The notes: generated by a model from the letters alone, not told the origin. DNA of 30,117 nucleotides from Cyanobacteria bacterium P01_A01_bin.123 (GCA_039815185.1 JBCBZT010000072.1:1-30117), one strand, 5' to 3'; shown: positions 17,510-24,882, counted from the first letter of the stretch. Numbers and translations are program-made.

Positions 17510-18328
17510 TTATCGCTCACAGACATGGGTTGGATCATCAGCTTTTTCGGCAAACTCCAGGCCCTGCGAGAGTCGCCAGGCGAAAATTGCAGGTAACCCT
17601 TGCTCGATAATAGCGGCGCAGGTTTGGGTGTAGTCGTACTCAACTTCGCGGAGTTCGACCTGTTGAGTATCGGTGTCATAGCGCACATAGGTGGCATTGG
17701 GGCGACCATGGCGGGGTTCGCCGACGGAACCAGCGTTGATGATGCGCTTGAGGGAGGATAAGGGGGTAGCGGAGTGGGTAGGCGGATGGGTGGGTGGGAA
17801 AGCGACTTTGAGGGTAAGGTGGCTGTTTTCTAAGTTGCGCACATAGGGAACGTGAGTGTGACCGCAGAAGAGAGTGTCCGCTCCAGTTGCGAGGACGCGT
17901 TCTAGGGCGATGAAGGCGCTGGTGTCGGGGAGCAAGTATTCATGCTGGCTGTGGGGACTGCCGTGGACGAAGCACAAATTATCTTGCTGCAAGATCATGG
18001 GTAGACTGGCCAGAAAGGTGCGGGTTTCAGAAGTGACTTGCTGATTGGTCCACTCGTGGGCCAGCCGACCTCGGGTTTCTGCCAGCAGAGAGGGATAGCT
18101 ACAGTCACAGGCATTTAGCCCGTCAACGATATCTTCATCCCAACAGCCCTGGCAGGTCGGAATCGCCAATTCGCAAATGCGGGTGACCACCTCGTTAGGG
18201 TAAGGCCCATAACCCACCAGATCGCCGAGGCAGTAGATCTGGTCAACGGGCTGCTGGTCAATATCCCGCAGAACGGCTTCCAACGCTTCCAGATTGCCGT
18301 GGATGCAGGACAGCACTGCAATGTTCAT
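17510..18328 (-). CDS. Calcineurin-like metallophosphoesterase, Cys-substituted
   Basis: LSCIHGN, LGDLVGYGP, QGCWD, HGSP, CGHTHVP and NAGSVGEPR. Confidence 0.9.
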   Translation of the reverse strand: MNIAVLSCIHGNLEALEAVLRDIDQQPVDQIYCLGDLVGYGPYPNEVVTRICELAIPTCQGCWDEDIVDGLNACDCSYPSLLAETRGRLAHEWTNQQVTSETRTFLASLPMILQQDNLCFVHGSPHSQHEYLLPDTSAFIALERVLATGADTLFCGHTHVPYVRNLENSHLTLKVAFPPTHPPTHSATPLSSLKRIINAGSVGEPRHGRPNATYVRYDTDTQQVELREVEYDYTQTCAAIIEQGLPAIFAWRLSQGLEFAEKADDPTHVCER

Positions 18329-19074
18329 GAAGCCTCCAGGGAAAGTGAGTTTTTTAACGTGGCTTGGTGAGAGGCGAGCAGAGAGTCAGACAAATAGCAG
18401 TCTTTGAGGGTAGCTGCGATCGCCGCCTCATCCAGCCCATGCCCTACCACCTCAAGCCCGCTAAAACGATTGGGCCGCCCCTGCAACCAACGAGGTAGCT
18501 TGAGTTCGGTGTAGGCGCTGCTGAGCAAACTTTTCACAAAGTCAAAGTGGAACGCTTGACCATCGGCCAACTCAAAAATACCCTTAGCCCGATGTACCTC
18601 ACCATAAGCTCCCTGAATAAGCTCCTGCCAGAACGTATCCAGACTAGGCGGATCGAAGACCTGACCACTCAAGGGAGCCCGCCAGAGCTGGGCGGCTTGA
18701 GGGTTCAGCGCAGACCGATTGCCTCGAATCACCTTTTCAGCCCAGAGCGACCAACCAGAATCCGGCCTATCATCAGAGCACACGGCCACTCGATGATGGG
18801 GCAGCGCTTCCAACAGGGGAATTTCTACTTCCAGATGAAAACCCAACTCAAAATAGACCGGAATCCCAGCGGCTAAGCGCTGTAATAGTTCTGCTTCGGA
18901 CTGCTGATGGAAGATCTCGACCTCGGGAAACCGAACAGCCACACGAGTCGCATCAACGGGAACCGTTCCGACTCCCGGTGCCACGTAAACAGCTGCCGCC
19001 GGTGTTTGAGCGAGTTCCTGAAGAATCCAAGTGGTCTTGCCTGCCCCGCAGGAACCAGCGACGACCGTGATCAT
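18325..19074 (-). CDS. Reduced CobW/COG0523-like protein (P-loop plus CobW_C domain)
   Basis: VAGSCGAGKTTW and C-terminal AYGEVHRAKGIF...GLEVVG; no CxCC motif. Confidence 0.8.
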   Translation of the reverse strand: MITVVAGSCGAGKTTWILQELAQTPAAAVYVAPGVGTVPVDATRVAVRFPEVEIFHQQSEAELLQRLAAGIPVYFELGFHLEVEIPLLEALPHHRVAVCSDDRPDSGWSLWAEKVIRGNRSALNPQAAQLWRAPLSGQVFDPPSLDTFWQELIQGAYGEVHRAKGIFELADGQAFHFDFVKSLLSSAYTELKLPRWLQGRPNRFSGLEVVGHGLDEAAIAATLKDCYLSDSLLASHQATLKNSLSLEAS

Positions 19075-19092
19075 AGGCTTGCGGAATGGTAA

Positions 19093-19107
19093 CGATAATC
19101 ATTATCA
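19093..19107. promoter_or_regulatory. Zur box in a divergent promoter
   Basis: CGATAATCATTATCA, 1 mismatch to TGATAATnATTATCA, in the 71-bp gap between divergent genes. Confidence 0.9.
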
Positions 19108-19145
19108 TATTGCTCACATCGCGTTCGATCAACCCAGGGAGGGGT

Positions 19146-20372
19146 ATGGCTGAGCAGCAAACGGATATCGCAGTCATTGGGGCAGGGCCTCAAGCGCTGA
19201 CCCTGGTAACCCATATCTTGCAAAAGAAGGCAACCTTCCGCAATCGTATCCAGGTGTTTGACCCCAGTGGTACCTGGATGACTCAGTGGCATCAGCAGTT
19301 TGCGGCTCAAGAAATTGCCGAGTTGCGATCGCCCGCTGTTCATCATCCCGATCCGAATTCCCATGCGCTTCGAACCTTTGCAGAAGGACGCTATCACGAA
19401 CTACATCCACCCTACGATCGCCCCGGCACTCAGCTTTTCCACGACTTTTGCCATACTGTGATACACCGCTGGCAGTTGCAAAATACGGTCAATCCTGCCC
19501 AAGTCACTCGCCTAGAACCTTTACAAAAAAGAGCTTTCCGATTTTGTTTGACGTTGCATACGGGCGATACCGTGCTGGCGCGGCGGGTGGTGCTGGCCAC
19601 TGGGGGTGGCCAGCCTGATTGGCCTGATTGGGTGCAGCGTGTTGGTTCCCCTTATCCAGCTGAGCGGTTATGCCATGCTAACCAGGTGAGGTTGCCATCG
19701 CTTCAGTCATTGGCCGGAGAAACTATTCTGATTGTCGGCAGTGGGCTGACCAGCGGGCATCTAGCCGTTGGAGCCGTAAAGCGGGGCGCCAAAGTCTTGA
19801 TGATGGCGCGGCGCACCTTCCAAGAAAAGCTGTTTGATGCCGCCCCCGGTTGGCTAGGACCAAAGTACCTGAAAGGGTTCCAGACTGAGCCAGATATGCA
19901 GGTTCGTTGGCAGATGGTGCAGCATGCTCGCAATGGTGGGTCGCTAACACCTGCCATGATGACCCGCTTGCGGAAATTGGAACGCCAGGGGCAAATCACT
20001 TTTTATGAGCACTGCCAGGTTGCCGCTGCTCACTGGAAAGATAACGCCTGGAAAGTTTGCTGCGACAACCATTCAGTGCATACCTGCATGGCTCACCAAC
20101 CCATTCATCGCATTTGGTTAGCAACGGGAACATCGCTCGATATCAAGGCGCATTCCCTTCTAAAGGGTGTGTTAGAAAAGTACCCCATCACAACCGTCAA
20201 CGGTCTGCCCGTTTTAGATGAGTATCTACGCTGGCCAGACTGTGGACTCTTCTTGATGGGGCCTTGGGCAGCCCTGAGAATCGGGCCAGTTGCCCGGAAT
20301 TTGTTTGGTGGCAAGTTGGCTGCTAACCGCATTGTGCCTGCCCTGACCAAGGCCAGTCTGTCTTCTGCTTAA
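19146..20372 (+). CDS. FAD/NAD(P)-binding oxidoreductase of unknown substrate
   Basis: IAVIGAGPQAL, LRSPAVHHPDP, VVLATG, VGSGLTSGHL and WLATG; start ATG 19146 after GGAGG, since the track start lies across the Zur box. Confidence 0.88.
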   Translation: MAEQQTDIAVIGAGPQALTLVTHILQKKATFRNRIQVFDPSGTWMTQWHQQFAAQEIAELRSPAVHHPDPNSHALRTFAEGRYHELHPPYDRPGTQLFHDFCHTVIHRWQLQNTVNPAQVTRLEPLQKRAFRFCLTLHTGDTVLARRVVLATGGGQPDWPDWVQRVGSPYPAERLCHANQVRLPSLQSLAGETILIVGSGLTSGHLAVGAVKRGAKVLMMARRTFQEKLFDAAPGWLGPKYLKGFQTEPDMQVRWQMVQHARNGGSLTPAMMTRLRKLERQGQITFYEHCQVAAAHWKDNAWKVCCDNHSVHTCMAHQPIHRIWLATGTSLDIKAHSLLKGVLEKYPITTVNGLPVLDEYLRWPDCGLFLMGPWAALRIGPVARNLFGGKLAANRIVPALTKASLSSA

Positions 20373-20439
20373 AACTTTGATGATCCTTGGAAGCCCAGTC
20401 TGTGCCCCATAATGAAGTCATGACTCCCTCGCTTTATTT

Positions 20440-20805
20440 GTGAACAACTCCAAACCCAAAGATGTATGCCAGGTTCGGTGTTTCAATACCGAGTTAGTTG
20501 CTCATATCCAAAACACGCTGCCCAGTGAAGACACTCTGGAAACAGCCCAAATTATCTTTGGAGCCTTAGCTGATCGCTCACGACTGAAAATTCTGTATGC
20601 CCTGAGCCACGATCAAGAACTCTGCGTCTGCGATATTGCCACCCTGCTAGAAGTGAAAGTCGCGACGGCCTCCCATCACCTCCGCAAACTGCGGGATTTG
20701 AAGATTCTCAAATACCGAAATGACGGCAAGCTCGCCTACTACTCATTGCGCGATCGACGGGTATCCGAAATTCTCAACCATTCACTAAGACAGTTAGTGG
20801 ATTAA
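20440..20805 (+). CDS. ArsR/SmtB-family metalloregulator, CadC-like
   Basis: N-terminal CQVRC and ELCVCDIA (alpha3N site), ASHHLRKL and GKLAYYSL. Confidence 0.9.
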   Translation: MNNSKPKDVCQVRCFNTELVAHIQNTLPSEDTLETAQIIFGALADRSRLKILYALSHDQELCVCDIATLLEVKVATASHHLRKLRDLKILKYRNDGKLAYYSLRDRRVSEILNHSLRQLVD

Positions 20806-20963
20806 GGACTTTATCGCTCTTTTGTCAAAGTCGCCAGAATAATATTTGAAGCGACCATTTCTCGTTCTTCATGGCCTGTCAATTAGAGCGATTGTTAACG
20901 AGAAATCAGCGTTTCAGATTTTGTCTCGCTAGAGTGACAAAAGTGCGTTAGGGATGAGACGGT

Positions 20964-21047
20964 TCATAACGGCGAAGTTCAACGGCGGCAGTAACTTTGA
21001 ATTTTGATCAACTGCTCATGCCCCGCCGTTGCAACGCAGTGTTAGCT
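20964..21047 (-). other. Integron attC recombination site (84 bp)
   Basis: Minus strand: R'' AGCTAAC, 5 nt, L'' GTTGCAAC, paired arms GGCGG...CCGCC, L' GTTGAAC, 6 nt, R' GTTATGA. L'' has the extra base, and the toxin stop codon lies in R''. Confidence 0.88.
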
Positions 21048-21446
21048 AGGGGGTGGCAACAATCTTACAAAACCCTCCTGCTCAAAGTGACGGTCAGTTG
21101 TTAGTGCATCAGTTATGCCACGTTGGCGCATCAAAACAAAGCTGACCGCATCGCATAAAGAATAAGTTTTGTCTTCTCGCTGTACCAAAAGTTCCATGGC
21201 CTTTCGGTGTAGTTGCTCATCAACCCATATCGTTTCAATATCTGGATTATCGACCAAGTCCACTACAAACGCCAGTACCTGGGGTCGAGGAAAACGACGA
21301 GCCACAGCAAGAGCAACCAACTCGGCTAGAACATGGCTGTGCGTCAATAATCTATCGCCAGCATCATGGATTAATTGAACTGCTTTAGCGTGTTGAAGCT
21401 CATCCCGGTGGAGATAGCATAATAAGCCTGATGTGTCTAAAAGCAC
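21042..21446 (-). CDS. vapC: PIN-domain VapC-type toxin
   Basis: LLDTSG, LAELV, SLCDAVSF and TTDRHFEQEGF acidic PIN residues. Confidence 0.92.
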   Translation of the reverse strand: MLLDTSGLLCYLHRDELQHAKAVQLIHDAGDRLLTHSHVLAELVALAVARRFPRPQVLAFVVDLVDNPDIETIWVDEQLHRKAMELLVQREDKTYSLCDAVSFVLMRQRGITDALTTDRHFEQEGFVRLLPPPS

Positions 21447-21461
21447 TGCTAAAACTGACCT

Positions 21462-21740
21462 CTAGTAATCATCTGCGTAGGCTTTTGCGAGGTCAGCATC
21501 AATCTGGTCATTGTCTATATCTGTGGCATAGCCTAGACTGGCTGCACCAGCATGACTCCTGAACTTGCTCCGTGCCTGTGCTTGAAGCTCTGGTGAAAGT
21601 AAAATATTGCTCACAAGGCTACTCTGTCTGCTTAGGAGCGTCACAATCCACTCCGTTATAGAGATTCCTACGGCACTAGACTTGCGCTGTAGGTCTGCAT
21701 AAACTTCATCGCTGATTTCCAGGGTTAATTGCTGGCTCAT
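21462..21740 (-). CDS. Putative antitoxin (RHH-like N-terminus, acidic C-terminus)
   Basis: MSQQLTLEISDEVYADLQRKS...DNDQIDADLAKAY, directly upstream of the PIN gene. Confidence 0.8.
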   Translation of the reverse strand: MSQQLTLEISDEVYADLQRKSSAVGISITEWIVTLLSRQSSLVSNILLSPELQAQARSKFRSHAGAASLGYATDIDNDQIDADLAKAYADDY

Positions 21741-21887
21741 ACGCATTAGGCAATCTAGGCTACGTACTGCCAATTATAGCCTGCGTTTTGAGTGGCAAAC
21801 AGAGCATCCATGACGCATTGCATCGCTTCATGAAGCTAACTAACAGAGAAGCTAAACAACTGCTTACAAAATTATTGCTGCTCACCG

Positions 21888-21940
21888 ACTGCACCAAAAT
21901 GGTGCAGTATTTGCACCATTTTGGTGTTTGTGTGCATACT
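21888..21940 (+). promoter_or_regulatory. Putative promoter with palindromic operators for the RHH gene
   Basis: ACTGCACCA-AAA-TGGTGCAGT palindrome plus a second GCACCATTTTGGTGT overlapping TTGCAC-N18-CATACT. Confidence 0.5.
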
Positions 21941-21974
21941 GTAAACAGCAGCAGGGTATTTTGCCCAATCAAAT

Positions 21975-22118
21975 CCTAAACACCAAATCTGACATCAACC
22001 TAAACACCAAATCTGACATCAACCTAAACACCAAATCTGACATCAACCTAAACACCAAATCTGACATCAACCTAAACACCAAATCTGACATCAACCTAAA
22101 CACCAAATCTGACACCAA
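21975..22118 (+). repeat. Six tandem 24-bp repeats CCTAAACACCAAATCTGACATCAA
   Basis: Five identical copies and a sixth with one T>C change, no spacers, ending 5 bp before ATG 22124. Confidence 0.95.
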
Positions 22119-22123
22119 CCCTA

Positions 22124-22402
22124 ATGAGCAAATTGATGAAGGATGTAGGGGAAGGCTCTGCTGCTAAAGCCAAAAGCACATCCGCCACCAAAGCAAGAGG
22201 TGGGAAACGATTATCCATAAGCTTGTCTGATGAAGCTGCTCATCTGCTTGAGTTTCTTGCTCAATCACAAAACATTACTCAGAATGAAGCTCTTCGCAGG
22301 GCTATCGCAACGGAAGCCTATCTTTTAGAAGAGAGGCTGAAAGGCACAAAGGTTCTGCTCCAGAAATCTGATAAGGAGATTCGAGAAGTATTGTTTAGGT
22401 GA
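22124..22402 (+). CDS. CopG/ribbon-helix-helix protein
   Basis: KRLSISLSDEAAHLLEFLAQSQNITQNEALRRAI beta-alpha-alpha pattern. Confidence 0.82.
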   Translation: MSKLMKDVGEGSAAKAKSTSATKARGGKRLSISLSDEAAHLLEFLAQSQNITQNEALRRAIATEAYLLEERLKGTKVLLQKSDKEIREVLFR

Positions 22403-22430
22403 TTTAAGCTGAGGTGGCTCCTGTAAAACA

Positions 22431-22847
22431 TTGGAGTCCTTGATGTCTGATAAACCTTACATCTGTAGCATTGCAGCCCCTTTTATTCGCCGAGAAGTAG
22501 AACAATTTCGCCTAATACAGGAGAAGTTAGAATCTGATATCTCTCTAAATGGCGACTTGAATATCTCTGACTATGTGTATGATATTCCTCCAGCTCAAGA
22601 AACTGTCCAAGATATTTCAGCTTGGACAGAAAAGCGTCGAGAAACAACACGAACAAAACTAGTTTTATGGCTGGTCAAGATTCTTAGTTGTTCTTTGCTA
22701 GTTACCTTTGCTCTGACAGGAATGGCTACGTTCAGTCCTCGCGCTGACAAAGAGCTAATCAGAGATTTAGTTCCACAGCTCATTACAACCCAAGTGACTC
22801 TACTTGGTGTAGCTTTTGGGTTCTATTTTAGTAACAAAAAGGGCTAG
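22431..22847 (+). CDS. Hypothetical membrane protein with two C-terminal TM helices
   Basis: Hydrophobic LVLWLVKILSCSLLVTFALTGM and LITTQVTLLGVAFGFYF; start may be ATG 22443. Confidence 0.75.
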   Translation: MESLMSDKPYICSIAAPFIRREVEQFRLIQEKLESDISLNGDLNISDYVYDIPPAQETVQDISAWTEKRRETTRTKLVLWLVKILSCSLLVTFALTGMATFSPRADKELIRDLVPQLITTQVTLLGVAFGFYFSNKKG

Positions 22848-22884
22848 CTTTTGGGGTTTTAATTTGACAAGCATCTAACAGATT

Positions 22885-22914
22885 AGCCAGGTATGAATCC
22901 ATACCTGGCTTTTT
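22885..22914 (+). terminator. Intrinsic terminator
   Basis: Perfect 11-bp stem AGCCAGGTATG-AATC-CATACCTGGCT followed by a T run. Confidence 0.75.
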
Positions 22915-22985
22915 CTCTTGGAATATTACATTTGGAAAGTTCAAATTATGAAGGCTTACAAAAGATAAGCTCCGATTACAACACC

Positions 22986-23007
22986 CACCAACGACTTGTT
23001 AGGTGGC
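22986..23007 (-). other. Left half of an attC site (R'' plus partial L''), remainder lost
   Basis: GCCACCTAAC-AAGTC-GTTGGTG lies 4 nt after the stop codon and is 9/10 complementary to the cassette start GTTAGGCGGC. Confidence 0.7.
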
Positions 23008-23011
23008 AACA

Positions 23012-23431
23012 TTACGCCCAGACCCATGACTCTGGTAGTTCTCGTTCTAGCGCATATATGTGCCGGATGATCTGGCCCTCATGCATGACTTCGTGTTCTG
23101 CTAGTGTTGCCAGAAGGTCAGACCTCTCATCGTTCCAATCGGAGACAGTCCGAATGGCGAGCTCGACCGCTGAGCTGGAGGTTTTAAGCTTTTCCCGAAA
23201 ATCGGCAGCACCGAAGGCCTGCATGGAGCAACCGAATCCAGCCCACGAACCTTGCTCGATGGCGCGAGCGTAGCTTTCCCGCGCGCCGACGACACACCAT
23301 AGGTGTTCCGCAAGTGACTTGTGTTTGGGAACGTCGATCTTTTGATTCACTAGATCATCGTCTAATGTCTCAGCCAGATCGGAGTAAGCCTGGAAGCGGC
23401 TTAGTAGCTTGCTAATAATTTGTTCGTGCAT
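23012..23431 (-). CDS. DinB/YfiT-like metal-binding four-helix protein, first integron cassette
   Basis: SLAEHLW...LAEHEVMHEGQ His triad; preceded by GTTAGGCGGC-AAGGAG-ACAACC-ATG with no room for its own promoter. Confidence 0.8.
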   Translation of the reverse strand: MHEQIISKLLSRFQAYSDLAETLDDDLVNQKIDVPKHKSLAEHLWCVVGARESYARAIEQGSWAGFGCSMQAFGAADFREKLKTSSSAVELAIRTVSDWNDERSDLLATLAEHEVMHEGQIIRHIYALERELPESWVWA

Positions 23432-23446
23432 GGTTGTCTCCTTGCC

Positions 23447-23605
23447 GCCTAACTATTACTTAGAGGGAAAGTTTCCACCTAAGATCCCCACACGGGTAAA
23501 AAGGTGGAAATATTTCAGCCTAAGATCCTGATTTGGGCGTTTAGGTGGAAATATTTCAGCCTAATACCCCTATATGGGTGATTAGGTAGACGAGATCAGT
23601 ATAAT
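23447..23605 (-). other. Putative attI site with adjacent 40-41 bp periodic palindromic repeats
   Basis: Core GTTAGGC (23447-23453, minus) with no attC hairpin upstream; units like TTAGGTGGAAATATTTCAGCCTAA start near 23460, 23500, 23541 and 23582; followed by a divergent intI fragment. Confidence 0.65.
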
Positions 23606-23664
23606 CATCCCTCCGTTGCACGCCTGGAATTGCTTAGGGTTTGTTTATCATCCTTGCTGGTGGT

Positions 23665-23793
23665 CTACCCAATGCAATCTTGACTCCGGAAGAAGTCCGG
23701 GCCGTGATCCAGCAAATGTCGGGAGTCCATCAATTGATTGTGCAATTGCTCTACGGCAGTGGCTTGCGCTTGCGGGAGGCAATGCAGCTTCGC
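23665..23793 (+). pseudogene. intI: Integron integrase fragment (box I region)
   Basis: [43 protein letters not shown] matches the IntI pattern LP.VL..EEV...LLYGSGLR..E...LR; both ends are missing. Confidence 0.88.
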
Positions 23794-23842
23794 TGGATCT
23801 CACAAAAACATTCAAATGAGCATCATAATGATTTATCCTTTA

Positions 23843-23860
23843 TTCAAATATTCATTTGAA
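23843..23860. promoter_or_regulatory. CadC/ArsR-type operator
   Basis: TTCAAAT-ATTC-ATTTGAA palindrome 16 bp upstream of the CDF ATG; resembles cad operators. Confidence 0.7.
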
Positions 23861-23876
23861 CGTTTGGGTGAAAGCA

Positions 23877-24488
23877 ATGGCCGATCACTGCTGTCAGCAC
23901 AAAGAAGCAGCTCTGGTGAAGCTGAAACAACGGCAAGCTAGAGTGCTTTGGATCGTTTTGGTAATTAACCTGGCAATGTTTGTGGTGGAGTTTGGGGCGG
24001 GGTTACGGGCAGAATCCCTGTCGCTGACGGGGGATTCTCTCGATATGTTGGGAGACGCTTTGGTCTACGGCACCAGCCTCTATGTGATTCATCGCAGCAG
24101 CAAAGCCCAGGCGGGAGCTGCCCTGTTAAAGGGCGTGATTATGTTTGGCTTTGCGATCGCAGTCTTCGCTCGGGCCATTTACCAATTTATGACAGGGGCT
24201 GCACCCACAGCAGAAATTATGGGATTTGTGGGCTTGCTGGCGCTGGCAGCTAACCTGATCTGTCTGTTGCTGCTCACTCGCCATCGCCAAGATAACTTGA
24301 ACATGTCGTCCGTCTGGCTCTGCTCCCGCAATGACATTATTGCCAACACGTCAGTTTTAGCCGCAGCGGGGCTAGTCTTGCTGACCCACTCCTCCATACC
24401 AGATTTATTGGTGGGCCTGCTACTCACCGTAGTGTTCGCCCGTTCTGCTGGAACGGTCTTGTCGCAATCCTGGCGTGCGATCGCATAA
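23877..24488 (+). CDS. Cation diffusion facilitator (CDF) family metal exporter, short form
   Basis: N-terminal HCCQH, SLSLTGDSLDMLGDA, NMSSVWLCSRNDII and about 6 TM segments; start ATG 23877. Confidence 0.88.
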   Translation: MADHCCQHKEAALVKLKQRQARVLWIVLVINLAMFVVEFGAGLRAESLSLTGDSLDMLGDALVYGTSLYVIHRSSKAQAGAALLKGVIMFGFAIAVFARAIYQFMTGAAPTAEIMGFVGLLALAANLICLLLLTRHRQDNLNMSSVWLCSRNDIIANTSVLAAAGLVLLTHSSIPDLLVGLLLTVVFARSAGTVLSQSWRAIA

Positions 24489-24624
24489 ACAGGATATTTC
24501 CATAGCTAAGGAGAAACCAGGTCTCTATAGAAAGAAAAACAGCAGATGGCTACTGCTTTCATGCCAGAGACCGGGTTTCTGGATGCGAGAAAGGCAAGCA
24601 TAACCACTACTGCCTGCCCAGAAC

Positions 24625-24795
24625 TTAGCTGTGACAAGTACAGCCCGTGTGACCACAACCAGATGATCCCTCAGGATGGCTGTTAGCACAGGCTTCGCTG
24701 CAATAATACTGCCCTTCTTTTTCAAGGGCATCACTGGTGTCAACAATGCACAGGCAAGAATCACAGGCACATTTCATTTGGGTAACAGTCGTCAT
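24625..24795 (-). CDS. smtA: Bacterial metallothionein (56 aa, absent from the ORF track)
   Basis: MTTVTQMKCACDSCLCIVDTSDALEKEGQYYCSEACANSHPEGSSGCGHTGCTCHS with RBS AGGAG; divergent from smtB. Confidence 0.96.
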   Translation of the reverse strand: MTTVTQMKCACDSCLCIVDTSDALEKEGQYYCSEACANSHPEGSSGCGHTGCTCHS

Positions 24796-24825
24796 AGCAG
24801 TCTCCTAAAACGGTAGAATGGAACA

Positions 24826-24882
24826 AATCTCTGAACACTTATTCAGATATCACAATAACACTTGAATGCTTGTTCAGGTATT
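24826..24882. promoter_or_regulatory. Two SmtB 12-2-12 operators
   Basis: AATCTCTGAACA-CT-TATTCAGATATC (24826-24851) and AACACTTGAATG-CT-TGTTCAGGTATT (24857-24882). Confidence 0.85.

Noticed and set aside
20890..20953. Second attC (CCCTAAC...TTTTGTC/GACAAAA...GTTAACA on the minus strand)
   Set aside because: The L'-R' spacing is far from 5-6 nt and the R boxes do not pair; at most a degraded site.
21975..22118. CRISPR array or plasmid iterons
   Set aside because: The repeats are contiguous with no unique spacers, and no cas or rep gene is nearby.
21928..22167. 79-aa ORF with LNTKSDIN repeats
   Set aside because: The frame is open only because the 24-bp unit has no stop; it begins inside the putative promoter and overlaps the RHH gene.
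23460..23605. Mini-CRISPR array
   Set aside because: The repeats are degenerate, the linkers only 16-18 nt, there are no cas genes, and the position beside a core site and intI fits attI/promoter better.
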